A stretch of 39,070 nt of DNA from Perkinsus olseni. Lineage: Eukaryota. Numbering within the stretch: position 1 is the first letter of the stretch; each line of letters begins with the position of its first letter. The position numbers and the translations under genes are program-made. Below the pieces are notes generated by a model. It did no database searches. It was not told the DNA's origin and worked only from the letters and a program-made list of their open reading frames with translations. Location: positions 1-39,070 of the forward strand of contig JABANN010000326.1 in NCBI GenBank assembly GCA_013115125.1. Direction: 5' to 3'. Of the stretch, positions 24,046-36,065 are shown in pieces.

Positions 24046-26059
24046 TCAATGGGACAGAGTCGAAACTACTGAGAGGCTTCCTCATCGCGAGAGAGTCTTT
24101 CCGTTGAGCTTGCAAATAGAGGTCGATTCCTCGATGAACATGTCTGACGACATCAGAGCGTCTTTGGATCATAACACGGCAACGATGAAACCGATCATGT
24201 CACCGAGAGACAGATGGCTGTCTAATGATTACTGTAGACTTCGCCGCAAGACTAGAAGAGTCCTCGTCTGGAACGACTCAATCGAAGTAATACGAGAAAC
24301 CTCGTATCGATGTGAACGGCATTGCACATTCTCCGTGCGTATCAAGCTCCCAAATACCAGAAATCGCCACGTGACTGCGTGGAATTGGGAGACAGTCCGG
24401 CAACTACACCATCAAATATCTTCGTTGATCACATCTATTTCGCATACACGGGAAGCCTCACGATGGGCGATCGAGCCATCAATGGACAGGCATCGATGTC
24501 GACCGGCGACCTTCGACTTATCTTCATCGCAGCATTCTAGCACCACAGCCCTGCGCCGCGTCAGTAAGCCGCGCTAGCAGAACGAGTAAGAGCGCCATCA
24601 CTGGACTATGTTGGAAGGAGTCTCGCACCGGCGCTGAATACTCCATTAAAATGAGAAAGACTCGCCTGTTTCATCTTCTCCATTGTCGAGTGTTGCGTCC
24701 CAAAAGGACGCAAATGACGGAGCCCCGACAATTGTGTAGATTGTCTCTTTTTCCCCCACTCTGATGTGTTCGGGTCATTCTGTGGGTGACTTAAGTATCC
24801 TAACGCTAGTACGCTAGCTGTGGATTCAATCATTAATCATTAAGTAAAGCTGTGATTACGCATTACATTGGTGGTTATCATCTACCACCTACGTCGTTAT
24901 ATATTGCGGTAGAGATTGGGTATTCCCTATCATAGTGGTTATTGATATCGTTATTACTATAAGTCTGGATCAGTGTTTTCAGTTGTTAATCTGGAAGACC
25001 GTGGAATATATTAACGAAAGGGTTCACAGAAGGCGATCAACACGAGTATTCCGGGACGAGTATCAAGTCACCGCCGGTGACTTGATACTTGCTCTCGTTT
25101 TCAGGATCGCTCAGACTCCCTGGCGCTTGGCGCGGATGCCTTTATTAGGGACCCATTCCACATCATGATAATTTTCCTCGGCTTGAGTGTTTCGCAGTCC
25201 GAAATTCGGAGCCCGTTGTGATGACTGCCTCCTCAGTACACTGCCCAAACATTGGGTCAAGTTACAGTTACTTTCAGCGCCCTTATGATATTGCTATCTC
25301 TAACGAGACGTTATGTCGAAGCTCATCTCAATTAGAGTACAGTCCGGCGAGATCGGACGAGTAACGGTTGAATGAAGGCGGCCGTACTGGATGACCTCCA
25401 GTGGAGGCTATGATCGATGACCTTGTTTGTATTCGAGAAATTCTCAAAAGCATTCTCGACGAGAATGCCTTTGACGGGAAACATTCTTGCAATAGTACCA
25501 AGCTCTAACTCAATGCAGTGTAGTGAGCCGTTGAAAGCGTAATGACGAGAAGAGAGCGGACTAGCAAAGCGGCCGACGAGGTCCTCAACACAAACCTAGA
25601 CACGCAAGTGCTCAGAAGGAGATTACAGGTAGACTGAGCAGATGCCGTCTGCCAGGCGACTTTGTGTTCTTAGGAGTACGGATCCGACAAAATGAATGGC
25701 GTGTCTACAGCGACACCGGCATGGACCCTCAGCAGGACTCTCGCAAATCTTTTGGTCAATCTTCTCTCCTTTATTCCATACAAAGGCAGCAACGACAATG
25801 AATGATGAAATACAAGGTACATTAATAACTATCCCACTCGGGATCATATCGACGATAATGAGGTGACAAGACCAGACAGGATCAGGCTCTAAACTGCTCG
25901 CTAGGCTGAGTCATAACTGTTGGAGATTCATCACAATACATCAATACTGTCACAGCCTAGCAAGCGAGAAGCCAAAAAACTCGTCTCTATGTGCGTGGAC
26001 TTCCTTCCACATCCACTATGAAGCACAAAAAGTATTACCATCATAAAACTTAAGCTGTC

Positions 26060-26873
26060 TTATTCCAGAGTCAACTTGATCCTCGGGTTCGATTTGTTGT
26101 TGGGGACGAAGTACACCGCGTTTTGGGCGGAGTAGTAGACGAACTCCGCATCGATTTTGAAGAACTGGAACGTGAGCTGAGTGAAGTTGGTCTCAAACCG
26201 GAAGATCTCACCGGAGGCCTTCTTGTCAAGCGTGTAATCATATTCACCTGTTATGTAATCCAAGGTAGTTGCGAAGGCGTCCCAAAGGAAGGCGATTCCC
26301 CGGCTACCCGGATCAACATAGAACCGGATAGCGTTTCCATTAGGACCCGGAACCGCCGAGTATTCTCCCTTCGTCTCCCTTCGGCTGCTTTTCGTCGGTC
26401 ACAACGTCTCTCAACTGTCTCGATGCAGCCCCACGCGGCTCAGCACACCTTGCTGTGTATGATCTAGGTGGCCGCCGACAATCCTTGGTGAGAGTGAAAT
26501 TGTATAGCCCTTTCCTGGCAACCATGTGAACGACATCGGGGCTTGCGGGGGAAGTGAGGAGGTCGAAGCCAACTTCAAAATAGGGGTACAACTCAGGACC
26601 TTCAGTCAGCCCTTGACGTCTCAAAATGATCTTGTCGTCCTCGAACGTGACATTATCATAAGTGAGAATGTAACCGCTTCCGCCAAAGTAGTTGTACACC
26701 AGCTTGGTCTTCCTCTCGGAGTAGTAATGAAAGTACATACACGCGTAAGTATCATAGGATGGGTCGTGATTCCTCCTCACGAACTGGTACGCGCAGTACG
26801 CCGCGGGTTCAAGGGAGAGGCCACCACCAGTGAGCACAGCCACCAAGCCAGCCACGAATGAGATGGGAGTCAT
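26060..26873 (-). pseudogene. Family B, copy 2 (10-bp tandem duplication causes a frameshift)
   Basis: tctcccttcg is duplicated at 26364-26383. Removing one unit gives a single ORF through KGEYSAVPGPNGNAIRF...AFLWDAFATTLDYITGEY to 26060. Confidence 0.8.
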
Positions 26874-28594
26874 TCAACGGTAAGTCTGACAGTAAAAGTT
26901 CGCCTGCCTGGGCTCACGCAGCTCCAATGAGGTCGATCGTGTCACGGGGAGACAGGCCCGGCGTTTCGCGAGCGGGTGCTGTCTACCGATTACCATAGAC
27001 TTCCGGATTTTACGGGGGAGTTTCCCACGAACAGCCTTGGCGAGAACTACAAAATACTGTTTATGGCCATCTGAACGACGGCCCAATTCTTTGACATGTA
27101 TCAAGCTCCCGCCTCCGGAAAATTGACACGTGATTGCTGGGATGGGAGACAGATTCACAACGACACTGCCAGACTCGCCTGTTTATCACTGAAGTGAGCT
27201 CAACGAAGGGACTACTTGAGCCAAAAAGAGCCAATGCTACTACTGCTGGTTGTGAGCACTACCCTGGGACAGAAACGAGGGACCAAATGCACTTGTACAA
27301 TCCCTCGCAATCACTGGGCGTCTATCGTCAGTTGATCGATATTCGGTTTACCAGTTTAAAGACGAGGCCAGTCGTATTAAGCCAGTGAAGGTTTGATTTC
27401 TTCTTACTAACCTCAGACACAGAGAAACCCTCAGTACGGACCGGGAGGATATGTTACCAATGGGAACCAGTCGAGTGGTCAGGAGGTAAATCGATGGAGC
27501 AAAACGCGCGTGCCCGCACGCACGAATCGATCCAGCTATACCGCACACCGATGCCAAACGGTGCGATGCGCCGTGCGACTACTCTGCCGATGCGTGCAGA
27601 GTAGTCTGGGCATAAGTTTTTCTCACAAGCTCTCTTAGGCCTTGTGATTCACGCAGGAGTAAGAAGTAATAAACGACGCCCTCAGAACATCGCGAAAAGC
27701 GGAAGCAAGATGGAACGGGAGACACCTCAAGGAGCGCGGACAGCAGTGATAGTTATGGAAATCCCTTGGCTATCTCACCATAGTATAACAAGAAGTTAGC
27801 CGTAAGATTCTTACTTAAGGTCCTACAACGCTCCCCAGGCCGAGTTCCCACGGAGAACGAGGCCCTTCGAGTATTGCTCACATCTTGATGCATGACATTC
27901 ATAATGATTGTCACAGTGCAATGGTCACATAGTGAATGATTCCTCGCGTGTCCTCCGCTCTCGTCCGTTGATCTCCGATATGTCAGCCTTTGGTTATGAT
28001 TGTAGGGTAGCTCCTTTGAAAATTGCTGCTCGATCAGATCCTTGCATACCTGTACTGCGAGGGCCGTAGACAATGCTTCTACGTTTCGTAAGGATTATCT
28101 ACAACTCTATCGGAGGTAGCTCCGCGCTCATTCTTCCAAACCATGGCGGTGTCGCTACCTGACACCAAACCTTGAACCCCTTACATAGGGGAAGTTGTTC
28201 GTGGTCTCTTGAAATCGATTTGGGAGCTACGGAAGCTCACGTTGATCCGACCTCTACTGGTGAAATTGCTATACTGGTTGTATTCCATACAACAATGGCT
28301 GAATGGTCCCAAACAGGCAGAATCTTTTATCAGTTTGCGCCAGAATGTTGGATTTGAGCAAGGAAATACGGCGATGTACCGGAGATGCCCCTAGAGCGTC
28401 AATTCTATGTGATTTAAGGCGTATATTTTATGCGCTGTTCGCGTGGCGCTCCCCAAGGAAACGTCCCAGAAAGAACTTTCGCACGCTGAGGTGCGTTACA
28501 TCATCTTGTGGTTGAGGAGAGGAGCGAGATAATTTACAATTTTTTCATACAAGCTCTTCATTTGTTAATAACCAGGAAGCGGGAGATGCAGATC

Positions 28595-29263
28595 CTACCA
28601 ACAACGGGCATTGTTCAACAGGGTCAGGCGGGTGACCCCTTTGGTACTACTGTCGTATGAGTAGTACCAAAAAGTGTTCCTCTTAGAATCGAAGTGGCTG
28701 GTGTATCCGTAGTGGGTGGTTGAGTTAGCACCGAGGATGAAAGCGTGGTTGTTCGGACCAGGGACCGCTTGATACGTCCCATCCGGCTGCCTTTCTTCCA
28801 ACGAAGAGCGACGTCGCTGCCTTTGCTCGTCGTGGATAGGATTGGAGCAACTAGCCGCTTTAACCCCAGGGGGCGGTTTGCATCCCTTGGTGAGAGAATA
28901 AGTATATTTGTCATTCTTAGCTACCACCCTGACGACATCAGGCTTATCAGATGACACCTTGAGGTCGAAGCCGACGTCAAAGTAGGGATACAATTCAGGC
29001 CCCTCAGTGTGACCATAACGTGTCATAATAATTTTATCATCCTCTAACTTCACATTATCATATCCCATGGCGAAAAAGTGTCGGTCGAAGTAGTTATAAA
29101 CGAGGTAAGCACTCGTCGGGGAGTGGTACTCGAAGAACAGGCACGTGGCGAAGACCCTGAGCTTCACTGGAAAAGCACAGTATTTTCCAGGCTGAAGGGA
29201 TGGACCACCAATAGCGACCACAATAACAGAGAGCATCACGCATAAGAAGACAGATGACAGCAT
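28595..29263 (-). CDS. Family B, copy 3 (open 222-aa ORF with a shortened or replaced C-terminus)
   Basis: Signal peptide, SLQPGKYCA, EGPELYPYFDVGFDL and GTYQAVPGPN are present. It lacks the GEIFKF...YFVPN segment found in the other three copies. Confidence 0.75.
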   Translation of the reverse strand: MLSSVFLCVMLSVIVVAIGGPSLQPGKYCAFPVKLRVFATCLFFEYHSPTSAYLVYNYFDRHFFAMGYDNVKLEDDKIIMTRYGHTEGPELYPYFDVGFDLKVSSDKPDVVRVVAKNDKYTYSLTKGCKPPPGVKAASCSNPIHDEQRQRRRSSLEERQPDGTYQAVPGPNNHAFILGANSTTHYGYTSHFDSKRNTFWYYSYDSSTKGVTRLTLLNNARCW

Positions 29264-29479
29264 GTTTTGAGAACGAGTCAGAACGACTTAGAAAAAAATT
29301 GACTGTTTTGAGCACCAATCTTCCGCAGATACATGCTTTCTTCAAACTGACCTCGAAACGACTGGCAGTTTGAGGAGCCAAACTCCAATGTAGCTGTGAG
29401 GTTTAGCTGTTCTCGCTAGCGAGACGGGACGTGCTCAAGCTGTGGCTAGAGGTATGCGCGGTGCCTCTCAGCTCAACAC

Positions 29480-29991
29480 CGATATTTCCGCGTGGTCACT
29501 TTAGGGCGACGTGGCCAGTAGCAATACTCACGTATTGGTTTCGGACTTTCATTGCAATTTCTTCGCTCCAAATGTCTAACTCAGTCGTCCCGCGGCATGG
29601 GTCGGCTGCCTTGGGGTTTTCCGCTCCGGGAACCTACGGGACGGCGTAAGGTGACGCATCCAGGGCTCGCCACTAGGTAGCAGAAGGTCATTGATCCCGA
29701 GATTCCTTTTCACACATTCTTCGCTTCAATAAAGGACCTCTTGAGGTAGGCATGCGGCCGATGCTATGCATCGTACCCTCCGAGGGGGGGAGTCCTTCAC
29801 TTGAGGCGAGCCTGATCTCGCGGAGACATCTTGGCGAGATGGTGACTATCACTGCGCTTATGCACGTGGACAGCATTCCTAGCTCCGCACCGTCGGGCGG
29901 CAGCTGCGGATTTACTGTAGGGCTCTCTCGTGTAACTTCTTCTTTTGACAGCCCGACTCTTAGCGATAAACCTTTTCCAGTCCTTGCTCAT
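29480..29991 (-). mobile_element. Possible relic of a pogo/Tigger-type transposase N-terminus
   Basis: Frameshifted fragments KRRSYTRE...AAARRCGARNAV, PPSEGTMHSI and GRP...ELD recall the helix-turn-helix N-termini of pogo-like transposases. Pattern match only. Confidence 0.3.
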
Positions 29992-30544
29992 AGCCTCTCA
30001 CGTTCCGATAACAACGACGGGCCAGATCATTGGTAGATTCATTCGCGAAGGGAAAGATTTCCGTAAGCTCTGCGATTCTGTAACGCGTGTAACGCGAGTT
30101 TCAGTGTACTAGTAGCTAGCGTCATACTAGTAGCGTGTGGTAAGATCGGGTTTCTGCGCGTTTGGGTGTTTGGCTGCCAATCTATGATGGCCAGCACTCA
30201 AAGAAGCAAATTTTCCATTCCGGAAACCATACTCAACATCTCGGGCACAAACTCCCCCTAACGGTAACTAACGGTCTCGGTCTGTGGTCTTGCAAAACCA
30301 TCGATGGCGATGAGACGAAGCCCAGTCAGCAGACCGATGACAGCGGAAGCTCCTCCGACGAAGACGGCGATCCGGACGATATCCTCGCAGAAGCTGAGTC
30401 GGACTGGGATGCTGAAGATATTGATGACTCATCAATGATGAGTCTTCTGTCGGTTAGAATCTGACCTCGCGTGGTCGCGGGGTGTAGAAACAGCTGATGA
30501 TAGAAGATGTCGGTAGTCGGGCGTTGCCCTTCTGAAGGCTCGCG

Positions 30545-31926
30545 CTAACGGTCGTCCTCCGTTGCGAGCAGCCTACTGTCTGAATGCATGAGATCCGAAG
30601 GTATTGTAAGGCAGCGAGTCAGACTCGCCGAGTCTGCCCCCAGGACATCAACATCCGTTGGAATAGCATCTACCGCATGGTACAATGGTATCTGGAATAT
30701 CGACAGGTGTTCAGCCTCTTCCAAATCCGTTGTCAAGCTCTGCCGAAGTCGGACAACTTGCAAAAACATTTCCGCAAGTTCGCGTTGACTGTTGGCGATT
30801 TCGAGTCTCTGCAGAACTTGGCGTCAGTTCTCTGCCATTTCGAGGATGCCACCCGCCTGTTGTCTGGATCGTCGTACTGTACGCTCAGTCTCGTAAGACC
30901 GGTGGTGAAGGGCCTACTCCAGAAGTGCAGCAGTTATGCCGGATCAAGGACCGTGTGCATGAGAGCTTGAACAATTATTTCAAGTTTTGCTTGATCGAGA
31001 CGGGCCCGGGCATTCTTTACCATGCCTGCGTCGCTGCATCGTATCTTCATCCTGCATTCACCGATACGGAGGACGAGGACTCTGCTCAAGATTCTATCAG
31101 AGAATGTATGGCCTCCTTTGACATCAACGACAGTACTGTCAACAGTGTTGACTTAACACTGACGACTGCGCATCAACAGTTGATGATCAACTAGTAAGCA
31201 GGGGTCGGAGAGTACTCTACTGAGTGCCCTCAATCGCAGGGATCTCAGGAGGACAACAACGACCGTCAGCGGTCTGTCTCGCGAGTTGATCGCATATGAG
31301 CAGAGGTTGAGATCCGACTCTACTGCGCACTCGAATTTCCTCGGCTCCTGGTCTGGCTGCCCAGATTTGCCTATTCTCACTAAGGTTGCTGTTGCCCTTG
31401 CCAAAATTCCTGGGAGTAGTTGCAGCTGCGAAGAGAGCTTCAGCTTGGCTGGATACGTATCGAGGAGCAGAAGATCCAGATCATCTGACAGCACTTTACG
31501 AGCCTTAATGCTTTTGAAGGGCCATTAGCTCTGCTACCGGCCCTTACTATTTTTTTGATATGTATTAGCTTCCTATTGCTGTGTGCCTCCCTTGTCTTTA
31601 GTAGTGGGATTATACCACTACTAAAGACCAGGGAGGCACACACTTATACCACTGGTATAAGTGATATCATAGCATGATTTGCAGGAGTTGTTTCGCGTGT
31701 TTTGATGAAAATGTGTTCTGACCAAGGGAGTCGAACCTTTCGACGCTTGTTCGTGATAGCCTCAGGCTGTAGCTAGTGGCAGTTCTGCAATACTAAGCGC
31801 GCAAGTAGCCTAAGCTAGAAAACCTGCCGTCAACCGTAAATCGCATCCGTAACCGTAAATTAATATACTTTACGACGCGTAAACCGTAGCGGAATTCGTA
31901 ATTTACGGCGATTTTGCCCATCTGTA
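30545..31926 (+). mobile_element. Degenerate hAT DNA transposon (3' part of the transposase plus one terminus)
   Basis: QDINIRWNSIYRMV (hAT RWNS motif), FEDATRLLSGSSYCTLS, ASYLHP and the C-terminal dimerisation motif LPILTKVAVALAKIPGSSCSCEESFSLAG...RRSR. Frameshift near 30950. Sub-terminal CCGTAA repeats at 31834-31908 and a TIR-like end TTTTGCCCATCTGTA at 31912-31926. Confidence 0.85.
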
Positions 31927-31945
31927 GGCCAAACTAGACGATTGT

Positions 31946-32172
31946 ACAATCTATTACAGTGGCAGCACAGTCTACTGCAGTGGCAGCACAGTCTACTGCA
32001 GTGGCAGCACAGTCTACTGCAGTGGCAGCACAGTCTACTGCAGTGGCAGCTNNNNNNNNNNNNNNNNNNNNNNNNNNNNNNNNNNNNNNNNNNNNNNNNN
32101 NNNNNNNNNNNNNNNNNNNNNNNNNNNNNNNNNNNNNNNNNNNNNNNNNCACAGTCTACTGCAGTGGCTGCA
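31946..32172. repeat. 21-bp minisatellite (GCAGTGGCAGCACAGTCTACT) spanning a 98-N assembly gap
   Basis: At least four units lie left of the gap (32052-32149) and one lies right of it. True length is unknown. Confidence 0.95.
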
Positions 32173-32632
32173 AATGCAGGTGTAGGTTGACGAACGCAAT
32201 ATGCGTTGGGTGTAGATACAGACGATGAAGAGATGCGATGCAAATGCAAGAGTTTTGTTTGGGGGCCGCACGGGATCCTCGTCATCCTAGTGAGCACAAG
32301 GACTGTTGTCTACGAACAATCCTTCGCACAGCCTGCTTCAGTGACCACGCCGACTATTAGAGGTAACCCGCATTGTGAGGGCAACACGTTTACAGGGACA
32401 TTCCGTACAGTTTACAAGTGGTAGCACTCCATTGCTGCTACGACGTAATATCAGTTCTACGGTTCAACCGCAAGTCTCCCACCGCTGTGAGAGTAACCGT
32501 GACGGTTGATCTCTCTGCGCGCTGTCTCCATTCATCCCAGAAGTCGCGTGCTTGCTCCGGTAGTCACCCGAACGAAAACGATATCAGGTTTCTCATTCTT
32601 TAAGACCCGTGTCCCATAGTGATCGTTATACC

Positions 32633-34443
32633 ATGACTATGAGGTTCTCAACCGGTGGCATCGTTATTCTCCTCGCTGTCCTGGATGGGTCTCATGCCAA
32701 GTCTCTCAGAGATAAGTTCGAAGACTTCAAGATGCGGTGAGTAGCCCCATCTTCACAAATCGTACAAGTCTGCGAAGTGCTACGTTGCCAGGTACTCTGT
32801 CAACTTTCCAAGCCAGGAGGAGGATGATTACCGGTTCGAAGTCTTCCGTGAAAACCTAGAGTTCATCGAGGAAACGAACAGGAGAAGTAAATCTTCAGCG
32901 TTTGGCGTCTTGCAGGATGATCCTGAATATTGGCAACGCCGTATGATGGAGAGTATACATCTAATAGACTCAGCTGATAGGCTTCGACTAGTGCTGTATT
33001 GACTGAATCAGACAGGCTCTCCTCCCCTCTTCACCGATGAGTCGTAGCTTGTGCCTGTGTCCGAATCAGACCTTTCCTACAGCCTGGCAGTGAATGCCTA
33101 CGCTGCTCTGACTAGAGACGAAGTTGGTGATATCCGCAGTTGCAGCGACATGGCTGCTGAAGGTACCTTTGTCTGGATAGTGCGGATATCATCAGTTCAC
33201 TGCTACAGCCTCGCTTCGACATGGTCTGCGGACTCATTCAGATGATAGCTTCCTGGAGGTGCCTGCTACTCCTCCAGAAAGCGTCGGGGATTGGCCGAGC
33301 GAACTCAACTGGGTTACAAGGGGCGCTGTGAACACACCTAGGGATCAGAAGAAATGTGGTTCTTGTTATGCTATTGCAAGTTTGGGTGAGTCGACTAGTC
33401 AAGAGCCTAGCTTTCCGTCGGCTTCTCTTATTCGCTATTCGCTGTACGTAGTGCTGTGCAGGTGCACTGGAAGGAGCGCTCCAAATCCGTACTGGGAAGC
33501 TACAGAAGCTCTCGGTTCAGCAGGTTGTGGACTGCTCTAGCACCAGGCCATGGGGAAACTTGTGAGAAACCACCGACCGGGATATACGTCGCAGTTCACG
33601 GGACGTGATATGGCCTCGTCTGTGGCTGCTGGTTCAACTAACGAACTCCTCGCTGTGGCAAGTGCAGGTCTCGTCTTTTCAGTGGCTGTCTTGGTGGTCG
33701 GAGACTTCCCACCTTCAAGTACGTGGCGGACGAAGGAATCGTCTCGGACAAGGATTACCCCTACAAGGCTAAGCAAGGCCCTTGCAAGCCTGTTACACAA
33801 GATGTTAAAAAGCAGATTCTCCATGTAATAGCGATAATCATTGGATGATGAGAATTATCTAATGGTCATCTTATTCCAGAAAGGAGATTTAGCATACGAC
33901 TCGACCGTCCGCACTAAGCCACTCCATCCTGAGGAAGTCATGAACGAGCTGCAGCACGGACCAGTCGCTGTCGGGATCTTCACTAATACCCCGGAGTGGG
34001 CGCACTACAAAGGCGGAATTCTGGACTGTACGCGTGGACCTTTGGCCGTGTAACGTGTAACAGTCGTTTTTTGTCTTTAGCCTTCACATGCCGTGGTGAC
34101 CCGGGTCATGTGATGCTACTGGTTGGGTACGGCGTCGATCGCGGCAAAAGGTGCGACATTAGCGTCGGGAACTCAGCTCTACCCTGAGAGAACCTCCTCT
34201 CAGTTACTGGTTGCTACAGGACACTGAGGGTCCGAAACGGGGTGAACACGGCTATGTGAGAGTCGTGAGAGATCCGGAAAACAAGCCAGGCCCAGGTGGG
34301 AGGACAAAGAGCTGATGCCAATGTTATGGCGGGCGCGCTGAAGGCGCAAGTCAATTCAAGCATGTTGCTCGAGAGCAGCGTATCTACCCTCACTTCAGGC
34401 TTCTGTAACATGTTCGAATCCGGAGCATTTCGACCGGTGTTAG
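32633..34443 (+). CDS. Papain-family (C1A) cathepsin L-like cysteine protease with I29 propeptide, ~9 exons
   Basis: Signal peptide MTMRFSTGGIVILLAVL; ERFNIN-like EEDDYRFEVFRENLEFIEETN; LAVNAYAALTRDE; mature region LNWVTRGAVNTPRDQKKCGSCY, LSVQQVVDCS, GCLGG, DYPY, GPVAV, GHVMLLVGYG, YWLLQDTEGPKRGEHGY. The last exon is uncertain. Confidence 0.88.
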
Positions 34444-34819
34444 CTCATCGGATTTGAAGATTCCCTGGAAAAGTTTGACCAGCTCTCTATCGTAAAGTTC
34501 GACTGCCGACCTGACAACTGCAGCTGCCGAACATGCGTGCTCTGATTAACATCACTCATCCGCATTTCTATCATCAGCCCTTTTTGAGCCATCACAAGTA
34601 TTGATTTCGGAAAGAGATTTCGAGAATGCCTTAAGCTCTCGCTTAACAAGAGCTTCTTCTCTTCACTTGGATCCGAGTTCTTTCATAGTGAACCTCACTG
34701 GGTCAAGGGCGAAGGGAAATGAGCGAGTGACGGTACGGAAGTGCAGCCGGGCAGCGTGCAACCTTCCCGATGTCCCTCACGCGTCGACACAACTTAGGAA
34801 TATTCAATATTCCTAAATT

Positions 34820-35453
34820 TAGGGTGGCCGAAGGCTGAGGAAGAATCATTCTTCCCTTCCCCAATAATTTCCGTTTTAGTTCCCGGGAATAATGGCCGGC
34901 GTGGATGGGGACGAATGGACCTCATTCGGGGAACTATCGTAGAAATTGTCCTTCGCCCCTGCCAACCGAAGTTCAAAGCTCGGGAAACGCTGAGCATTGC
35001 TCGGGATTCGGCCGACAGGGTTACCAAAATGGCTGCTCAGTGAGCAACCATTTTGGTAACTCTGTCGGCCGCTACGCCGAAGAGAATCAGCGAATTCACC
35101 TTCCACCCTGTCATTTTCAGTGAAAAGTTTTCACGAATCGACCATCAGGGCGAGGGCGCGACGAAGAGCGCAAGTACTGGGCCCCTAGTGTGACACTCCT
35201 TTAGCTAGCCTCTTATCATCAACGACACCGCGGACCGATAAGGCACGTTTTTATCGGAGCCAAGTCCCTTCATATAAGCACGATAGCAATGAAGGCATCA
35301 TAGTCGCTCAGAAATATAGGTTCATCGACATTTCATACACAATTTCTATAATTCCCGAAAAGGCAAATACTATTTCCCGAAATAATTCCTTTCTTCCCTT
35401 CCCCGGAAATATTCCCGGGAACTATGAGGATAATTCCCCACTTTCAGCCACCC
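34820..35453. mobile_element. Non-autonomous hAT-like MITE
   Basis: Imperfect TIRs (TA)GGGTGGCCGAAG ... CTTTCAGCCACCC. TTCTTCCCTTCCCC and TTCCCGGGAA occur near both ends. AATATTCAATATT lies on both flanks. Confidence 0.55.
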
Positions 35454-36065
35454 AATATTCAATATTGAGGTCGAAAAGTGTCGAAAGTCGGAGACCGGAG
35501 GGACACAACCGAATCAACTATTTGAATGGATTCGTGAGCTGAGCTCAATTAACCGACTTCAATGCCAGCAGTGGTCGCCTGGCCATCCACGTTGACCGTC
35601 TACACTGACTTCCTACATACCATCGTTAAAATGATGCGTTGACGGTTGACAGATGGCAAGTAGTGGGACAAATCTCTTTTTTATATTGTTTAAACATGTC
35701 ACGGATCGAGTTACCGAACAAAAAATTTTTTGTGCATTTTCCACCCGACCCGCTCATCGTCAATCGTCGAAGTATGACATAACTCGTCTTGCATCGTCTT
35801 CACATCGTGCTGTTGACGAAAGGCCGTTATAGGACGCTACGCACTTCAATGCAGTGCATAGAAGAGCCATCTGGGAACGTATCCGAGGGCGTGACTCGCT
35901 CTTGGTAAGTTCCACGGCGAGTGACTGGTCTAATGGTCTCGAGTTCGAGTTTGGAAAACGCTCCCCGCCTACGACCTTCAATGAAGTCGAGCTCGACTCG
36001 CAACTACACCGCCCAACAGCATTGTACGCAGATGCCGTGGGTGAGTGCAAACAGAGACAGTGTCC

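Noticed and set aside
24860-25870. Minus-strand gene starting MIPSGIVINVPC
   Set aside because: Stops interrupt all frames and no domain is recognisable; at best a decayed fragment.
31946-32172. CRISPR-like array or repeat-protein ORFs
   Set aside because: The 21-bp units are head-to-tail with no spacers. The ORFs arise because the unit length is a multiple of 3 and the gap is filled with N.
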